The notes under the pieces are model-generated. The model saw nothing but the letters and a program-made list of their open reading frames with translations, had not been told where the DNA came from and did no database searches. The translations under genes and the position numbers were made by a program. Below, in pieces: positions 51,275-64,000 of a stretch of 64,000 bases of DNA. The stretch comes from Octopus sinensis. Lineage: Eukaryota. Every line of letters starts with the position of its first letter. Position 1 is the first letter of the stretch. Location: assembly GCF_006345805.1 (NCBI RefSeq), contig NW_021834791.1, positions 1 through 64,000 of the forward strand, given 5' to 3'.

Positions 51275-51800
51275 AGATTTCACATCTGATCACTTTTAAA
51301 GGGAGCCTATATTTTACATCTGGCATAGATCTATTACTAGCTGAAAGGGTTTTACAGTTTACATCTAACACCTTGAAAAGGACGCTTATATTTCACATCA
51401 GACTTAGGCTTATTACTCGCTGAAAAGGACGCTTAAATTTCACATTTGACAGGTATGGAATGAAGCCTTTTACAGGTTTGGAATGAAGTTTATGTTTCAC
51501 ACCTGAAACTTGATCTATTACAAGTTGAAAGGAATTTACACATCACGCCTAACCTGGGTCTCATACTTGTCGAAAGAGTGGGGTCTTACATTTCACACCT
51601 GACTTGGGTTTATTACACGTTCAAAGGCGTTTACATTTCACGTCTGCACTATTATTACCAATTCAAATGGAACCTAGATTGCACACCTGATCCGGGCATG
51701 ATTTGAAGCGTATATTTTAAATCTACTCCGAATCTATTAGCAGTGAAAATGGGGCCTACACATCACATTTAGTTCGGACCTATTAACCAGCTTTAAACGG
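51275..51800 (+). repeat. Degenerate minisatellite, period about 40-45 bp
   Basis: Recurring ATTTCACA(T/C)CTGA...CTATTAC...TGAAA.G motif, about 12 times. Confidence 0.7.
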
Positions 51801-52440
51801 ACCTAAATACGAACTTAACATCAAACGCATAAACTTGAGTGTACGATTTTTACCGATGTAGACAGCAACACGCTTTCTTCCATCTCTGTTTTTACACAAT
51901 TAAAAAGCAATGTTCAAAACCTAAACTGACTTCCAAAAGACATTCCTGATATAAAAGAAATGAAAGAAACGGTAAGAAGAGAAAAAAATTACAAGTTTAG
52001 ATATTTAGCGTCGTACAAAGAATGGTAAACTTAACGAGAAAGAATATATGAATGAATTCAAAGTTGAGGTTGCACAATTAATCCTTCGTCATTCATCTGT
52101 GATTTTATTTTATCTGTTCTTCTATTATTCGAGATTATTGGCGTCTCGTTTTGTGGATGGCGACATAGCTTCGCTTCTGAGTAACGATGCGTCTTTTATA
52201 TCGAAAGATGAAGACAAAATATTCTTTGATCAGCTCCTTTTATAACATGAGCTCTAGCGAACCAGAACTTGTTGATGTTGTTATTGTTGTTTGTCGAAGT
52301 TCTACTAAACAACAACAACAACATCAACAACAACAGCAACAACAACAACAACACTAGAGGACAAATGAAATTAATTTTAATATACCCCTTTTATTTTCGC
52401 TTGTTTATCAATGAAAACAATTCTGTTTTTCAACACTTGA

Positions 52441-52529
<89 letters not shown>

Positions 52530-52789
52530 CATTTCTGTTGTTGTTGTTGTAGTTGTTGGTGTTTTTAATTGCCGTCTAAGGTTCCATTTAATATTCCTGA
52601 TTTGGTCAGTCAACATGGAAAGATATTTCGACTTGATAACGGAAGTCACGATGGTTGCCGATAGCTTAAGTGTTGCTGTTGCTAGAGCCGGGTCTGCCGC
52701 TGCTGCTGCCGTTGTCACTGCCGTTGCTGCTGCTGTTGCTGCTGCTGTTGCTGCTGCGGTTGCTGCTGTTGTTGATTAATGATGACGAT

Positions 52790-53330
52790 GATAGTGAATA
52801 TCCACAACTATAATGATAACAACAGTAACAGCGATAACGATTGCAACGACGACGACGATGATGACGATGATGATGATGACGATGATGATGACGATGATGA
52901 TAATGATGATGATGATGGTGATGGTGATGATGATGATGGTGATGATGGTGATGATGATGATGGTGATGATGATGATGGTGGCGGTGAGGAGGACGAGGAG
53001 GCGGAGGTGGATCAGGATGATGACGATGACGTCGACGATGAGGATGATGATGATGATGATGATAATGATGTTGATGATGACGACGACGACGACAATGATG
53101 ATGATGATGATGATGATGCTGATGATAGTGGTGGTGTTGGTGGCGGCGGTGGTGGCAGTAATGTTAGTGGTGATGATAAGGATGATGACGACGACGACGA
53201 TGACGATGATGACGATAATGACGGTGACAACGGAGTTCACGACGACGGTGATGATGGTGATAAAGATGACGACGATGATGATCATCATGATGAGGATGTG
53301 GAGGAGGAAGAGGAAAGGGGGAAAGAAGAG
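52790..53330. repeat. (GAT)n/(GAC)n/(GGT)n low-complexity tract
   Basis: Visible directly; gives poly-D/M/I ORFs. Confidence 0.95.
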
Positions 53331-54057
53331 AGTAGTTACACCTTCCATACCAAACTTACCAAATCACCATTTTTTCTTATCACAAACGGTATCACCTCCA
53401 GCCGTACTCTTTCTCACTCTCTTTCCTTCTCTCCTCTTTCCTTCTCTCTCTCTTTCCTTCTCTCACTCTCTTTCCTTCTCTCTCTCTTTCTCTCCCTCTC
53501 ACTCCAAGTGGTTACATGAAATATTTACACGCCAGATAAACTATGAATGAAACACTGAATCTCTATAACGATCGATCTACCAAAGATAATCGATTCCCTT
53601 CGTTCCTGCTGCAATCATTATCCAGTGTAAAGGATAACGCAATCGTTTATTCATACACTGGATGTTTCTCAAATCAGGATGTTTCCCCGTGGAATATCCT
53701 GTGTCCTGCGCTGCTGAGGCCGCTTATAGTATCATCAAAACTTGACAACAACAACTTATTATATATACATATATATATATAACTAATACTATATACATGT
53801 GTATGTATATACATATAATACTAATACTAATACTATAAGTATGTGTGTATCTGTGTGTGCATATATACATATATATATATAGATATATATATATACATAC
53901 ACACACACATACACACACATATATATACACACACATGCATGAATATATGTATATATATAAACTATATATAATAAATGTGTGTGTATATATATATTATATA
54001 TATATATATATATATGACATATATACACAACATATATCTGAATATATATACATACAA

Positions 54058-54094
<37 letters not shown>

Positions 54095-54259
54095 GTGTGT
54101 GTGTGTGTGAAATTATATGTATGTATGTGGATGTATACCTGCATGTATGTCAGTATGTACGCATGAATATATGCATGTGTATATGCACATATATATGTGT
54201 ATATACGTATTCGCGTGTGTATAAATGCTGGATATGTGAAAATGTGCATGTATATATGT

Positions 54260-54291
<32 letters not shown>

Positions 54292-54592
54292 GCATTTACC
54301 TCTCTCTCTCTCTCTCTCTCAATATATATACATATATACATATATATATACATACACACAGACATACACACATATATATATATAACTCATACACACATAT
54401 GCACATGTATATTTATCTCTACAACACATTTAAACGATTGCATTAAGTTATTGCTATATCATTGGTCAAGTCACTTGGGTGCTTTTGACCAAAACACCAA
54501 TTATTCTAATAATCTCCAAGCGTCGTCTCGTTTATGCCATCTCTTTGTAAGAAATGACTGGCAGTAATAATAACAACAACAACAGCAGCAGC

Positions 54593-54659
<67 letters not shown>

Positions 54660-54661
54660 GC

Positions 54662-54940
54662 TTGGGAGGTGAAGCAGTTGTGGTCACTGAAAAAGGTCGT
54701 TGTAGTACAAATAATTGTCGGAGCCCTGGGAACAGTGAGCAAACATCTTGAGAAGTACATGGAAGAAATAGGGGCTGCAATAAGGGTGGAGCACTTGCAG
54801 AAAACAGCACTGCTTGGGACCGCTCGAATATTCCGGATGGTGTTCGAAAAATAAGGGGTGTTACCTTAGTTCACTAGTAAGTGAACCGCTGACGCCGTAG
54901 TACATCTCCAGCGTTAGAAGCTGTGCAAAGACAATATAAC
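54662..54940 (+). mobile_element. 3' end of a restriction-like-endonuclease LINE (R4/Dong-type) inside (AAT)n
   Basis: LKKVVVVQIIVGALGTVSKHLEKYMEEIGAAIRVEHLQKTALLGTARIFRMVFEK* matches the P.VVGALG...LQK.ALLGTARI.R.V C-terminus of RLE LINEs. Short 3' UTR, (AAT)n on both sides. Confidence 0.85.
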
Positions 54941-54941
54941 G

Positions 54942-55007
<66 letters not shown>

Positions 55008-55399
55008 GGTTTCAAATTTTGCCATAAGAGTAGCAATTTCGGGGCAGGGTATGAGTTGATTACATCAACCCCAGTGTTTAACTGGTACTTATTTTATCGA
55101 TTCTATCTATTTTCTTTATTGATTTGTAATGTTAACAATGTCGAGACAGTGTAGAAATTATCCCGATGTGTTTTATTAAGTCTGTGGATAATTTCTTTTA
55201 AAGGATAAAAAAATGTACAATAACATCAGAGATCAAGAAGACTTATAAGCTACTAGCATTATGACCCGTCGTTGCCGAGTCACAGTGCTAGTGCATGTAT
55301 ATATGTGTATATATATGTGTACATATTACTTGTACATCTATATATATACATCTACACATAAAATACAAAATACAAAGTTATATTTTGATATCGCTAGTA

Positions 55400-56460
55400 A
55401 TAACAATACTCAAAATATTTAACAGACTGGAATTTTAGGCCCGTCTCTTGCAATTTCGATCAATTGTATCTTGTCCTGCAGGGAATGCAGTCAGGTTTCA
55501 CAAAATACTGTTGTTTCTTGTGTCTATGGGAGAGTCGGCCAACTGCCAGACATTATTCGGAATCAAACTGGCAGACAAGAACATCATACCGGCCAGGACT
55601 GTCTAGCGTCAAGAATATACCTCTTGTAGATCCATGTAATATCCTATTGCCGTCTTTGCACATAGAGCTTGGACTGATAAAACAGTTTGTACAGACACAA
55701 GGGAAGAGAAATACCAGAGGGTTTAAGTATATTGTAGAAAAAGTTTCCCCAAATCACACCGGCGAAGTTGAAAGTGAGTATCTTAGTTGGACCCCAAATT
55801 ATCGAAGTACTCAAAGATGTCAACTTCAAGACAACACTGGATGAACTGGAACTGCCTGCTTAGAATGCTTTCAATTGGATCGGTAAGAATTTCTTGGGCA
55901 ACAAGAAGGCAATGGACAACAAGGATAGCATCAAGAATCTTCTGAAATATTACTCAGCAATGGATGTCACTGAAAGTTCCCTTCTGGGGCTCACATCTGG
56001 ATTTCTTCGCAGATAACTTTGGAGTAGTGTCTGATGAACATGGTGAAGGACATTAGTGCTTTAGAGAAACGGTACCAAGGCTTCTGGAATGACAGTATAC
56101 TGGCTGACTACTGCTGGACACTTTACCGTGATCAATCAGATCAGAAACACCGCAGGAAATCCAAATAACAATGTTTCTAATTCTGTTGTTCTTTGTTTGT
56201 CTGACCTATTTTTTTTTTTTTTGGTATTCACTCTTTGTAGAATGATAATGATGATTTTTAACTCAATAAACTCTAAAACCAATAGGTGCTTATTGTGCTT
56301 AACGTAATAAATATGTGCTTATTTATTATGTTAATGATTTCATATTTACAAATATGTAAATACTTGCATGTATCTAACTGAAAAACTGATACGTGCTGCA
56401 TGCAAATGGAGTGAAATTTTGAGATCAGCGTGAAAAATTAGTCAAAAAAAGTTAATGCAT
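55400..56460 (+). mobile_element. Decayed 3' half of a Chapaev3-like (CMC group) DNA transposon
   Basis: GMQSGFTKYCCFLCLWESR...PLVDPCNILLPSLHI.LGLIKQFV...FLGNKK...SHLDFFADNFGVVSDEHGE...EKRYQGFWNDSILADYCWTLYRD, coding end at about 56168. The transposase call is strong; the family name is from motif recall. Confidence 0.75.
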
Positions 56461-56516
56461 TCATTATGAGTATAATACATTTAATTTTGTCGACCAGTGT
56501 AAAAATATATAAAATA

Positions 56517-56583
<67 letters not shown>

Positions 56584-56589
56584 TTAATA

Positions 56590-56815
56590 ATAACGATGCC
56601 TTCAAGTTTATGTTCGTACCACTTTTTTGCTCTGTCAAGTCCATACTTGTTGCAAAGTGTCCAATGGGCAATCTTTGTTATATTGTCATGATGTCTCTTA
56701 TATTCTTTCTGAGTTAATGACGTACATTGACTGGTAATTATGCCATACGGTTTCACCATTTTGTCTACAAATTCTGCACTTATCACTTTCTGATGTGTCG
56801 TCTAATAAACGAACG
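56590..56815 (-). mobile_element. Internal fragment of an RLE LINE (CCHC knuckle region)
   Basis: Minus, one frameshift: DKCRICRQNGETVWH-ITSQCTSLTQKEYKRHHDNITKIAHWTLCNKYGLDRAKKWYEHKLEGIV, typical of the region upstream of the RLE domain. Confidence 0.85.
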
Positions 56816-56816
56816 A

Positions 56817-56902
<86 letters not shown>

Positions 56903-57062
56903 TATTATTATTATTATTACCATCATCATCATCATCATCATTATCATTATCATTATCATTATTATCATTATTATTATTATTATTATTATTGTTGTTGTTG
57001 TTATTATTATTATTATTATTATTATCATCATCATCGTCATCGTCATTAACATTATTATTATT

Positions 57063-57136
<74 letters not shown>

Positions 57137-57164
57137 CATTATTATTATTATTATTATTATTAAA

Positions 57165-57380
57165 GCAGTGAACTGGCACAATCGTTAGCACACTGGGCGA
57201 AATGCTTAGCGTTATTTCGCCCGTCGTTCCGTTCTGAGTTCAAATTTCGCCGAGGTCGATTATGCCTTTCACCCCCTCGGGGTCGATAAAAAAAAGTACC
57301 ACTTGAATACTGGGGTCGATGTAATCGACTTATCCCGTCCCCTAAAATTGCTGCCCTTAAGGCAAAATTTGAGATCATTA
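57165..57380 (+). mobile_element. SINE group A
   Basis: GCAGTGAACTGGCACAATCGTTAGCACACTGGGCGAAATGCTTAGCG...GTTCTGAGTTCAAATTTCGCCGAGGTCGA. Confidence 0.88.
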
Positions 57381-57415
57381 TTATTCTTATTATTTAGTGG
57401 TGCTAGTATTAGTAT

Positions 57416-57450
<35 letters not shown>

Positions 57451-57477
57451 ACTATAACTACTGAGATTAGTCATAGT

Positions 57478-57682
57478 AGTTGCTCCAGTTCACTCAGGTG
57501 AGAAAAATGAGTTGTATCCATAATTCAAAAGACCAACCTTGGTAGATTCTTTGCCACCCTGAATCTCCTTGAGAACTACGTTTAGGGTAAGCGTGTCTGC
57601 GGAATGCTCAGCCACTTGCACATTAATTTCCACGAGCAAATCGGATCAACGGGAACGCTCATCGTCGTAACCGACGGAGTGA
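57478..57682 (+). mobile_element. SINE group C, 3' part
   Basis: GCTCAGCCACTTGCACATTAATTT...ATCGTCGTAACCGACGGAGTG. Confidence 0.78.
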
Positions 57683-57953
57683 ATGCAAATTTTATTTATT
57701 TATTTATTTATTAACAAATTCTGTTGGACGCTTTAACGATTCCACCATATGTTCGTCATTAAACTGTAGCGACATCTAGTTTCAGAACCGAACACTAAAT
57801 ATAAAGTACATCGTCTTAACCGACGGAGTGCTAACAAATTTTATTTATTTATTTATTAACTTATTTTGTTGGACGCTTTAACGATTCCGCCAGCCGTTCG
57901 TCATTAAACTGTAGCGACATCTAGTTTCAGAACCGAGCACTAAATATAAAGTA
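57661..57953 (+). repeat. Local tandem duplication, period 149 bp, including the SINE 3' end
   Basis: ATCGTC.TAACCGACGGAGTG...CACTAAATATAAAGTA starts at 57661 and again at 57810. Confidence 0.9.
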
Positions 57954-59061
57954 ATATCGAATCACGCCATGATTTTTATTTGCTCGCTTCTATAAAGCTG
58001 GAATTATATACTAAGCTCTCCATGGCGGCCCCGACTCAGAAATTATAATGCGCTCATATAGAAGCTGTTGGTCTCAGCCAGTAACAAATGTCAATTAACA
58101 TTCAAGATTTTATTTATATCAGTTTTATGTTGTAGCTTCTTTTTTTTTTACCTCTTCTCTTTATCTTTTCTTCTTCAGATTACACAACAATTGCTCTCTT
58201 ACATCTATTATTAGTCGCTATTATCTATGCACCATTAGCTTCTGAAAATAGCCATAGATTTATTTATTAAAACAATGGAGAATATTAGGTTGGTTTTTAG
58301 ATCGCAGTGTTCAGCAAATGTCTGGCACTTCCATAACATGTAACCATCACAGAGCAAGCAAGCTACTGAGAAAAACAGACAGATAGATAGATAACAGATA
58401 GATAGACAGAGAAAGAGAAAGTGGAGAGAAAGACACAAAGATAGATAGCCAGAGATGAAGAAATAAAGAAATAAAGAGAGGGAACGATAAAGTGTGAGAT
58501 GATGCCGTGTTTAAGAATTTTCTTGGTGTACTTTTTCGACAGGTGTTTCTTTGTTCTGAGCTGCTAGAGTCTGTAACTGCAGCTGCTTCGAAAATATATT
58601 TTTGGGGCATTGTATTGAGTTTCTGGTTACTTAAACTTGTTATGTCAGCTGCTTCGACTTATTTTGAGCATTTTGCTATAGATATTCACAGGATTCCGAA
58701 TAGGAAATTAATAAAACACAAGGAAAAGAGGTGTGGCGGAGATGCAAAAAGAAAAAAAAAGCGAATCAGAAAAGTGGTGAGACTGAATAATTTAATACAC
58801 CTCATATCTGCTGCTTCGTCGATGAGTTTTAAGTGAAATACAAATGACGCTGTGTATATTGTATAGTGTTAGAGAGATAGGTAGAGGGAGGGGAGGGGAG
58901 AAAGAGAGAGAGAGGGGGAGGGAAAGGGAAAGGGGGAGGTACACAGATACACAGGTAGCTTGCTAGAAATATATAATTAGATATATATATATAGAGAGAG
59001 AGACAGTCTGACAGTCAAACAGGCAGACAGACGACAGACAGACAGATAGATAGAGAGATAA

Positions 59062-59094
<33 letters not shown>

Positions 59095-59200
59095 CAGACA
59101 GACGGACGGACGGACAGGGAGACAGGGAGACAATGAGAGATAATTTATAGATAGGCATGTAGATGGACAGACATACAGACAAACTAATATATATATGTAT

Positions 59201-59359
<159 letters not shown>

Positions 59360-59653
59360 GTGATAATTCATTATTCATTATTAAATACTCGTTAGTCTTG
59401 CTGGGTTTGAATAATGAATAACTAACTTTTGTAGTAAGAAAAAAAATAATGTAATTGGATTTAGTAAAACAATTACAAGGCAAATTTTGGAAATACAGCG
59501 TAAACAGAAGAGAGAAAAAAAACCCAAATCGAATGAAGATCAACAGCATACACTGAGACATCCATCCAGGCCCCACCATGTCTAAATCATTTAATGGACA
59601 TAGTATAAAGGTACGAGCTATTAATAGTTGCTTCTTTCGGAGATGCGGTCAAA

Positions 59654-59840
59654 GCAGGTTTTTATAACACGCTTGTGTCTCCAAGCAATCTATCGGCTCT
59701 GAGCACACGATCTACCCAATTTGCAAATCAGGACGCTAGCATAAGAGTCGTAACGAGAAGAAGATGATTGCAAAAAATGGAAGGGTGAATAGAAACAGAA
59801 AAAGAAAAGGAGAGACACAAAGCATGTTATAAAAAGCTGC
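59654..59840. repeat. About 30-bp imperfect inverted repeat spanning 187 bp (possible small MITE)
   Basis: GCAGGTTTTTATAACACGCTTGTGTCTCC versus reverse complement GCAGCTTTTTATAACATGCTTTGTGTCTCTCC. No TSD found. Confidence 0.55.
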
Positions 59841-59849
59841 CTAGACCCG

Positions 59850-60420
59850 TGTCTCCAAAGCAAGAAACTATTGGCAGACACATTCTCAATGTTGGCTGGA
59901 CATTAAAAATTCCAGACACACAGGTCCTGAGAACAGCTGATATCTTGAATATTGAGGCGATGGTTCACAAACACCGGTTACGTTGGACTGGACACCTTAT
60001 TAGAATGAAGGATAGCAGGATCCTTAAACAGATGCTATATGAAGAACTTGTGGATGGAAAGAGACCCTAGCAGAAACGAAGGCAGCGATTTAAAGACTGT
60101 GTGAAGTTCTCATTAAGGGCCTGTGATATGCAGGAGACGGACTGGGAGAACAATGCCTCTCATCGTCACGGATGGAAGAAGCAGGTTAAGGAGGGGGTCG
60201 ACACTTTTGGGAGAGCACATATTCAGCAAGAACTTAAGTGTGCTGCTCGAAAGCGCACTACTGGTCTAGAGAATGTGGAATTCTTGGATTGCAATGTCTG
60301 CAGCCATATATGCTTGTCAAGAGCAGGGCTCAGCCACCAACGGAGCCGCAAATGCAAAATATTAGTCCTTGAGCGCACAACGTTCCTAAAGGTCAGCAAT
60401 GGTCTTCCTCGGTCACGAGT
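59850..60420 (+). mobile_element. 3' end of an RTE-clade LINE with terminal Cys/His finger
   Basis: KIPDTQVLRTADILNIEAMVHKHRLRWTGHLIRMKDSRILKQMLYEELVDGKRP*..RQRFKDCVKFSL...DWENNASHRHGWK...CNVCSHICLSRAGL.HQR. Confidence 0.88.
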
Positions 60421-60509
60421 GGACAGCCATTATCATCATGTACGTACGTATGCATGCATGTATATATATATATATATATATCTAAAGAGATGAGAGAGAC
60501 AAAGAGAGC

Positions 60510-60573
<64 letters not shown>

Positions 60574-60707
60574 TAATAATTGATATCTTTTTTTTTCTTT
60601 TTCGTCCTTTTCAAGCCTAACCAGGCTCATGGGCCCGGTTTCCCGGGTTCTGTGGCGTATGTGTTCCCCCAGCTGGACGGGAAGTTACACAAGAAACAGG
60701 ATGAAAC

Positions 60708-60910
60708 AGGCGAAATGCTTAGCGGTATTTCGTCTGCCGCTACGTTCTGAGTTCAAATTCCGCCGAGGTCGACTTTGCATTTCATCCTTTCGGAATCGAT
60801 AAATTAAGTATCAGTAACGCCCTGGGGTCGATGTAATCGATTTAGTCCCTTTGTCTGTCCTTGTTTGCCCCTCTGTGTTTAGCCCCCTGTGTGCAATGAA
60901 GAAATAGATG
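60708..60910 (+). mobile_element. SINE group A
   Basis: GGCGAAATGCTTAGCGGTATTTCGTCTGCCGCTACGTTCTGAGTTCAAATTCCGCCGAGGTCGACTTTGC. Confidence 0.88.
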
Positions 60911-61034
60911 TATAGTTTCATTGAAGAAAATAGCATGAAACTTTGAGCGGAAAATCCATCGCCAAGGCAGCGTTTATAAGAGGGAGATTAATAAATAGCA
61001 GTTAATAATTGTGTTTGATAAAGAAACGGTTTTA

Positions 61035-61960
61035 TTCTAGCTTTAGATCCTCAATCGCTACTCAGCGCATTGGCTGACAAGCTTTCTTTACTGGGTTCGG
61101 TCGGCTGCTTCGCTTGCACATCCATTCCACATAATGTTGACTGTCTTCAGATCACCTTGAAATGTCTCCCACTAAGTGAACTTCATCCTGCGCCTTTTAT
61201 GCTTGCCAAAAGGTGGTACCTGTTTTCGAGTGTCGTTGATCGGCTATACCAGTGGAGCTCAACCGGGGTCAATATGGCCCATGAGGGTTCATCTAAGACT
61301 TCTGGGGGGGGGGGGCACGCAACAAAATACTAAATGAGAGATCCGCAATAATATTCTAAGGGATCCTGAAAAAAATTTGCTTTAGATGTATTTATTGGTA
61401 TGTTGTACAAGAAACAGCAAGGTTTCTTTCTCTGATGTCGTACATGGTTCAACCTACACAAGTTAATGTGGGAAAAACAAAATAGGTTTTTGGAAAGAAG
61501 TTTCTATAAAATGGTTATGGGAATTCAACAAAATAAATTTATAATCAGAGGAATCCAGAGGTCAAAAATGGTTGAGAAACCCTGGGCTAGAAGGAGAACG
61601 TGGCAAACCATGTGGAGTCTGTGCAGTGGTCGTGACTTGGCTCGTATTAAAGTCTCTTCATTTGTTACACGGTCCCGCCGGTTGACCCACAGGATCTTTA
61701 TGATGTATTTTCGATGGAATGCGTTTGGTTTTCTATCTCTTCTTGCTGTGCTTTTCCAAGTCTCGTTGGCATAGATTGAAGTAGGCAGAACGATGCAGTT
61801 ACACAGACGAAATTTCACATGTTTGAGGTCGTCCAGATGGAACGCAATAGCTGGAACACTGCAGCCATCTTGCCAATCCTGCATTCTCTGTCGAGTTCCA
61901 CATCGCCAGAGTTGCTTAGAACGCTGCCGAGATAGTCATTCTAGACATAAGAAATATTCC
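61035..61960 (-). mobile_element. 3' end of an RTE-clade LINE interrupted by a hAT MITE
   Basis: Minus: KFRLCNCIVLPTSIYANETWKST...RRDRVTNEE...CHVLL, then the MITE, then PPFGKHKRRRMKFT*WETFQGDL...AADRTQ*RKLVSQCAE. Confidence 0.82.
61250..61584. mobile_element. hAT-type MITE (335 bp)
   Basis: Ends CAGTGGAGCTCAACC / GGTTGAGAAACCCTG; decayed 8-bp TSD GGCTATAC / GGCTAGAA. Confidence 0.75.
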
Positions 61961-62244
61961 ACTACATTGAGTACAAGAGACAAAAGAAAGAAAATGTCTG
62001 GAAGGAATATTAGAGACGGTTTAAATTAATTCTTAAAACTAAGCTAAATGCCAAAAATAATGTAAATATCTATTAATACTTTGAATGCTTCATAGATTAC
62101 TGCTGAAAATATTCTTAACTGAATGGCGAGTGGATTAGCAAGACTAGGTAGAAACACAATGAATTAATGACTGTATTTAGAATATACCACCGTAAATCCG
62201 ACACAGAAAGATTACAATAAACACACGCACACACACACACCACA

Positions 62245-62291
<47 letters not shown>

Positions 62292-62384
62292 GACACACAC
62301 ACACATACACTCACTCACACACGCAAACGAACACGCACGCACGCACACTCACATATACAAACGCAGAGTGAAAGTTCTTGTGTA

Positions 62385-62900
62385 TATTGGTTTCAAACTT
62401 TGGCACAAGGCCAGCAATTTCGAAGGAGGGGATAAGCTGATTACATCGGCCCCATTCCTCCAATGGTGTCTTATCGACCCCCAAGTCGGCGAGCTGGCAG
62501 AATCGTTAGCACGCCGGGGAAAATGCTTAGCGGTATTTCGCCCGCCGCTACATTTCTGAGTTCAAATTCCGCCATGGTCGACTTTGCCTTTCATCCTTTC
62601 GGGCTCGATAAATTAAGAACCAGTTGAGTACTAGGGTCGATGTAATCGACTGCCCCCTTCCCCCAAATTTCAGGCCTTGTGCCTATAATAGAACGCACTG
62701 GGGTCGATGTAATTGACTTATTACCTATGTCTGTCCTTGTTTGTCCCCTCTGTGTTTAGTCCCTTGTGGGTAATAAAGAAATAGGTATTTTATCGACCTC
62801 CTAAAGGATGAAAGGCAAAGCTGACCTCGGCGAAATTTGACCTCAGAACGTAAAGATGGACAAAATGGCGCTAAGCATTTCGCCCGGTGTGTTAATGATT
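62385..62900. mobile_element. Cluster of group A SINE copies in both orientations
   Basis: Full plus copy from GGCGAGCTGGCAGAATCGTTAGCACGCCGGG (about 62488), with partial copies on both sides. Confidence 0.88.
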
Positions 62901-63099
62901 GTACTTATTCGCCTCCTTAGGTCTTCTGTATATTATGTTCGTCAGTAACCGCTGGTTTTCCCTAAACAAACACTAGGCAAGAACCAGGTTCGATTATTTC
63001 TGCGGTAGCATCCCCCCACCCTTCTTGGACATTTGTGACACTCTCAGCCAACGTGTCAATAAAAAGAACATTATTTGATTACCTTTTTCTTTGTAAAAA

Positions 63100-63230
63100 G
63101 CACAAGTTATGCTGGGTCGTACATGCCGCTAGGTTCACAGACAACAGATGGACTTTTGTATTTGCCGAATGGTATCCAGGAAATTGGAAAAGACCACTTG
63201 GAAGGCCTCCATGATGACGGGAAGACAATT
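63100..63230 (+). mobile_element. RTE LINE 3' fragment
   Basis: KLCWVVHAARFTDNRWTFVFAEWYPGNWKRPLGRPP matches RTE W.GHVAR..DNRW...EW.P...KR..GRP. Confidence 0.8.
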
Positions 63231-63279
63231 TAGTTAAGCAATTTGTGTCAAGATGGAAAATAATAACGTAATTAAGACA

Positions 63280-63690
63280 GAATTAGAAGCGCATTGTAAC
63301 CAGCGGTGTTGGCTACCCGCATGGTTTTTGGTCTCAAGCATTTGTCTTATGAAGAAAGGCTGAAGACTCTCGATCTTTTTTCTCTTGAAAAACGACGAAG
63401 CCGAAAAGTGTAACCTCTCGAAAGAGATGTTCTTCACTCCTGCTCCAGAGCGTGGGCTGCGAGGTCACTCCGAAAAGCTCTATCTACGACGATTTCATCT
63501 CAATCGAAGGAGAGGGGCTTTCTCCGTCCGGGTTGCGGATCCGTGGAATAAGCTGCCGGACGAGATAGTGAAGATGCCGGTTCAAAGTATCTCTTGACCG
63601 GAAATGGCCTGAATTCTTTGTATGACCATCCTCCCTGTACATAACTCCCTGTCCCCCTACATGGCCTTGCTTTTGCTTTTTGAGCCAATA
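63280..63690 (+). mobile_element. CR1 LINE 3' end
   Basis: ATRMVFGLKHLSYEERLKTLDLFSLEKRR...GLRGHSEKL...FSVRVADPWNKLPDEIV. Confidence 0.88.
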
Positions 63691-64000
63691 AAAATTAAAT
63701 ATCTGATGGTCCGGTCGATACTTCAGTATATGAATACAGAGATATTATCGTCAAGTGTCGTTGTTTAGGCAAATAAACGCTCAATATATTTCATCCTTCA
63801 CTCAGGAGAACAAACAGTGTTCATCACCGTTAACAGAACCTCCAAGAGATGTTACCCTAATGCTTGTACTAGAGTGGTCTCCGCTAAAGGTACAAGTGTG
63901 GTGTTAAACTGGATGACGGAGAACACGAAATAAGTAACCCGTCATGGTTAAGTCACCAATTGATCGAATTACACAAAAACAACAGATTAATAAGTTAGAG

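Noticed and set aside
52377-52760. Open minus frame with Ala/Thr runs
   Set aside because: Mostly (CAG/CAA)n repeat; the short unique part has no recognisable motif or clear splice sites.

Overview
AT-rich animal genomic DNA, extremely dense in microsatellites ((TA)n, (CA)n, (ATGT)n, (AAT)n, (CTT)n, (ACC)n) and transposon debris. The SINE families and repeat landscape look like an octopus/coleoid cephalopod genome (inference from pattern recognition, no search run). No host protein-coding gene can be supported: nearly all listed ORFs are microsatellite translations, and the window is probably intronic or intergenic. Recognisable content: three groups of tRNA-derived SINEs; decayed Penelope-like (PLE) RT and GIY-YIG fragments of two lineages; RTE, CR1-like and restriction-like-endonuclease (R4/Dong-type) LINE fragments; mariner, Chapaev-like, MULE-like, hAT and Helitron remnants; and a GGATC-ended MITE family with 8-bp TSDs, telomere-like repeats and a fold-back derivative. 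The most interesting signal, read by eye, is seven minimal type I hammerhead-ribozyme motifs plus one degenerate one. They lie in short non-coding elements that mostly end in (TA)n tracts, sometimes head-to-head or tail-to-tail. One forms an inverted plus circularly permuted 558-bp array at 18.2-19.55 kb, which resembles PLE pseudo-LTRs or non-autonomous retrozymes.
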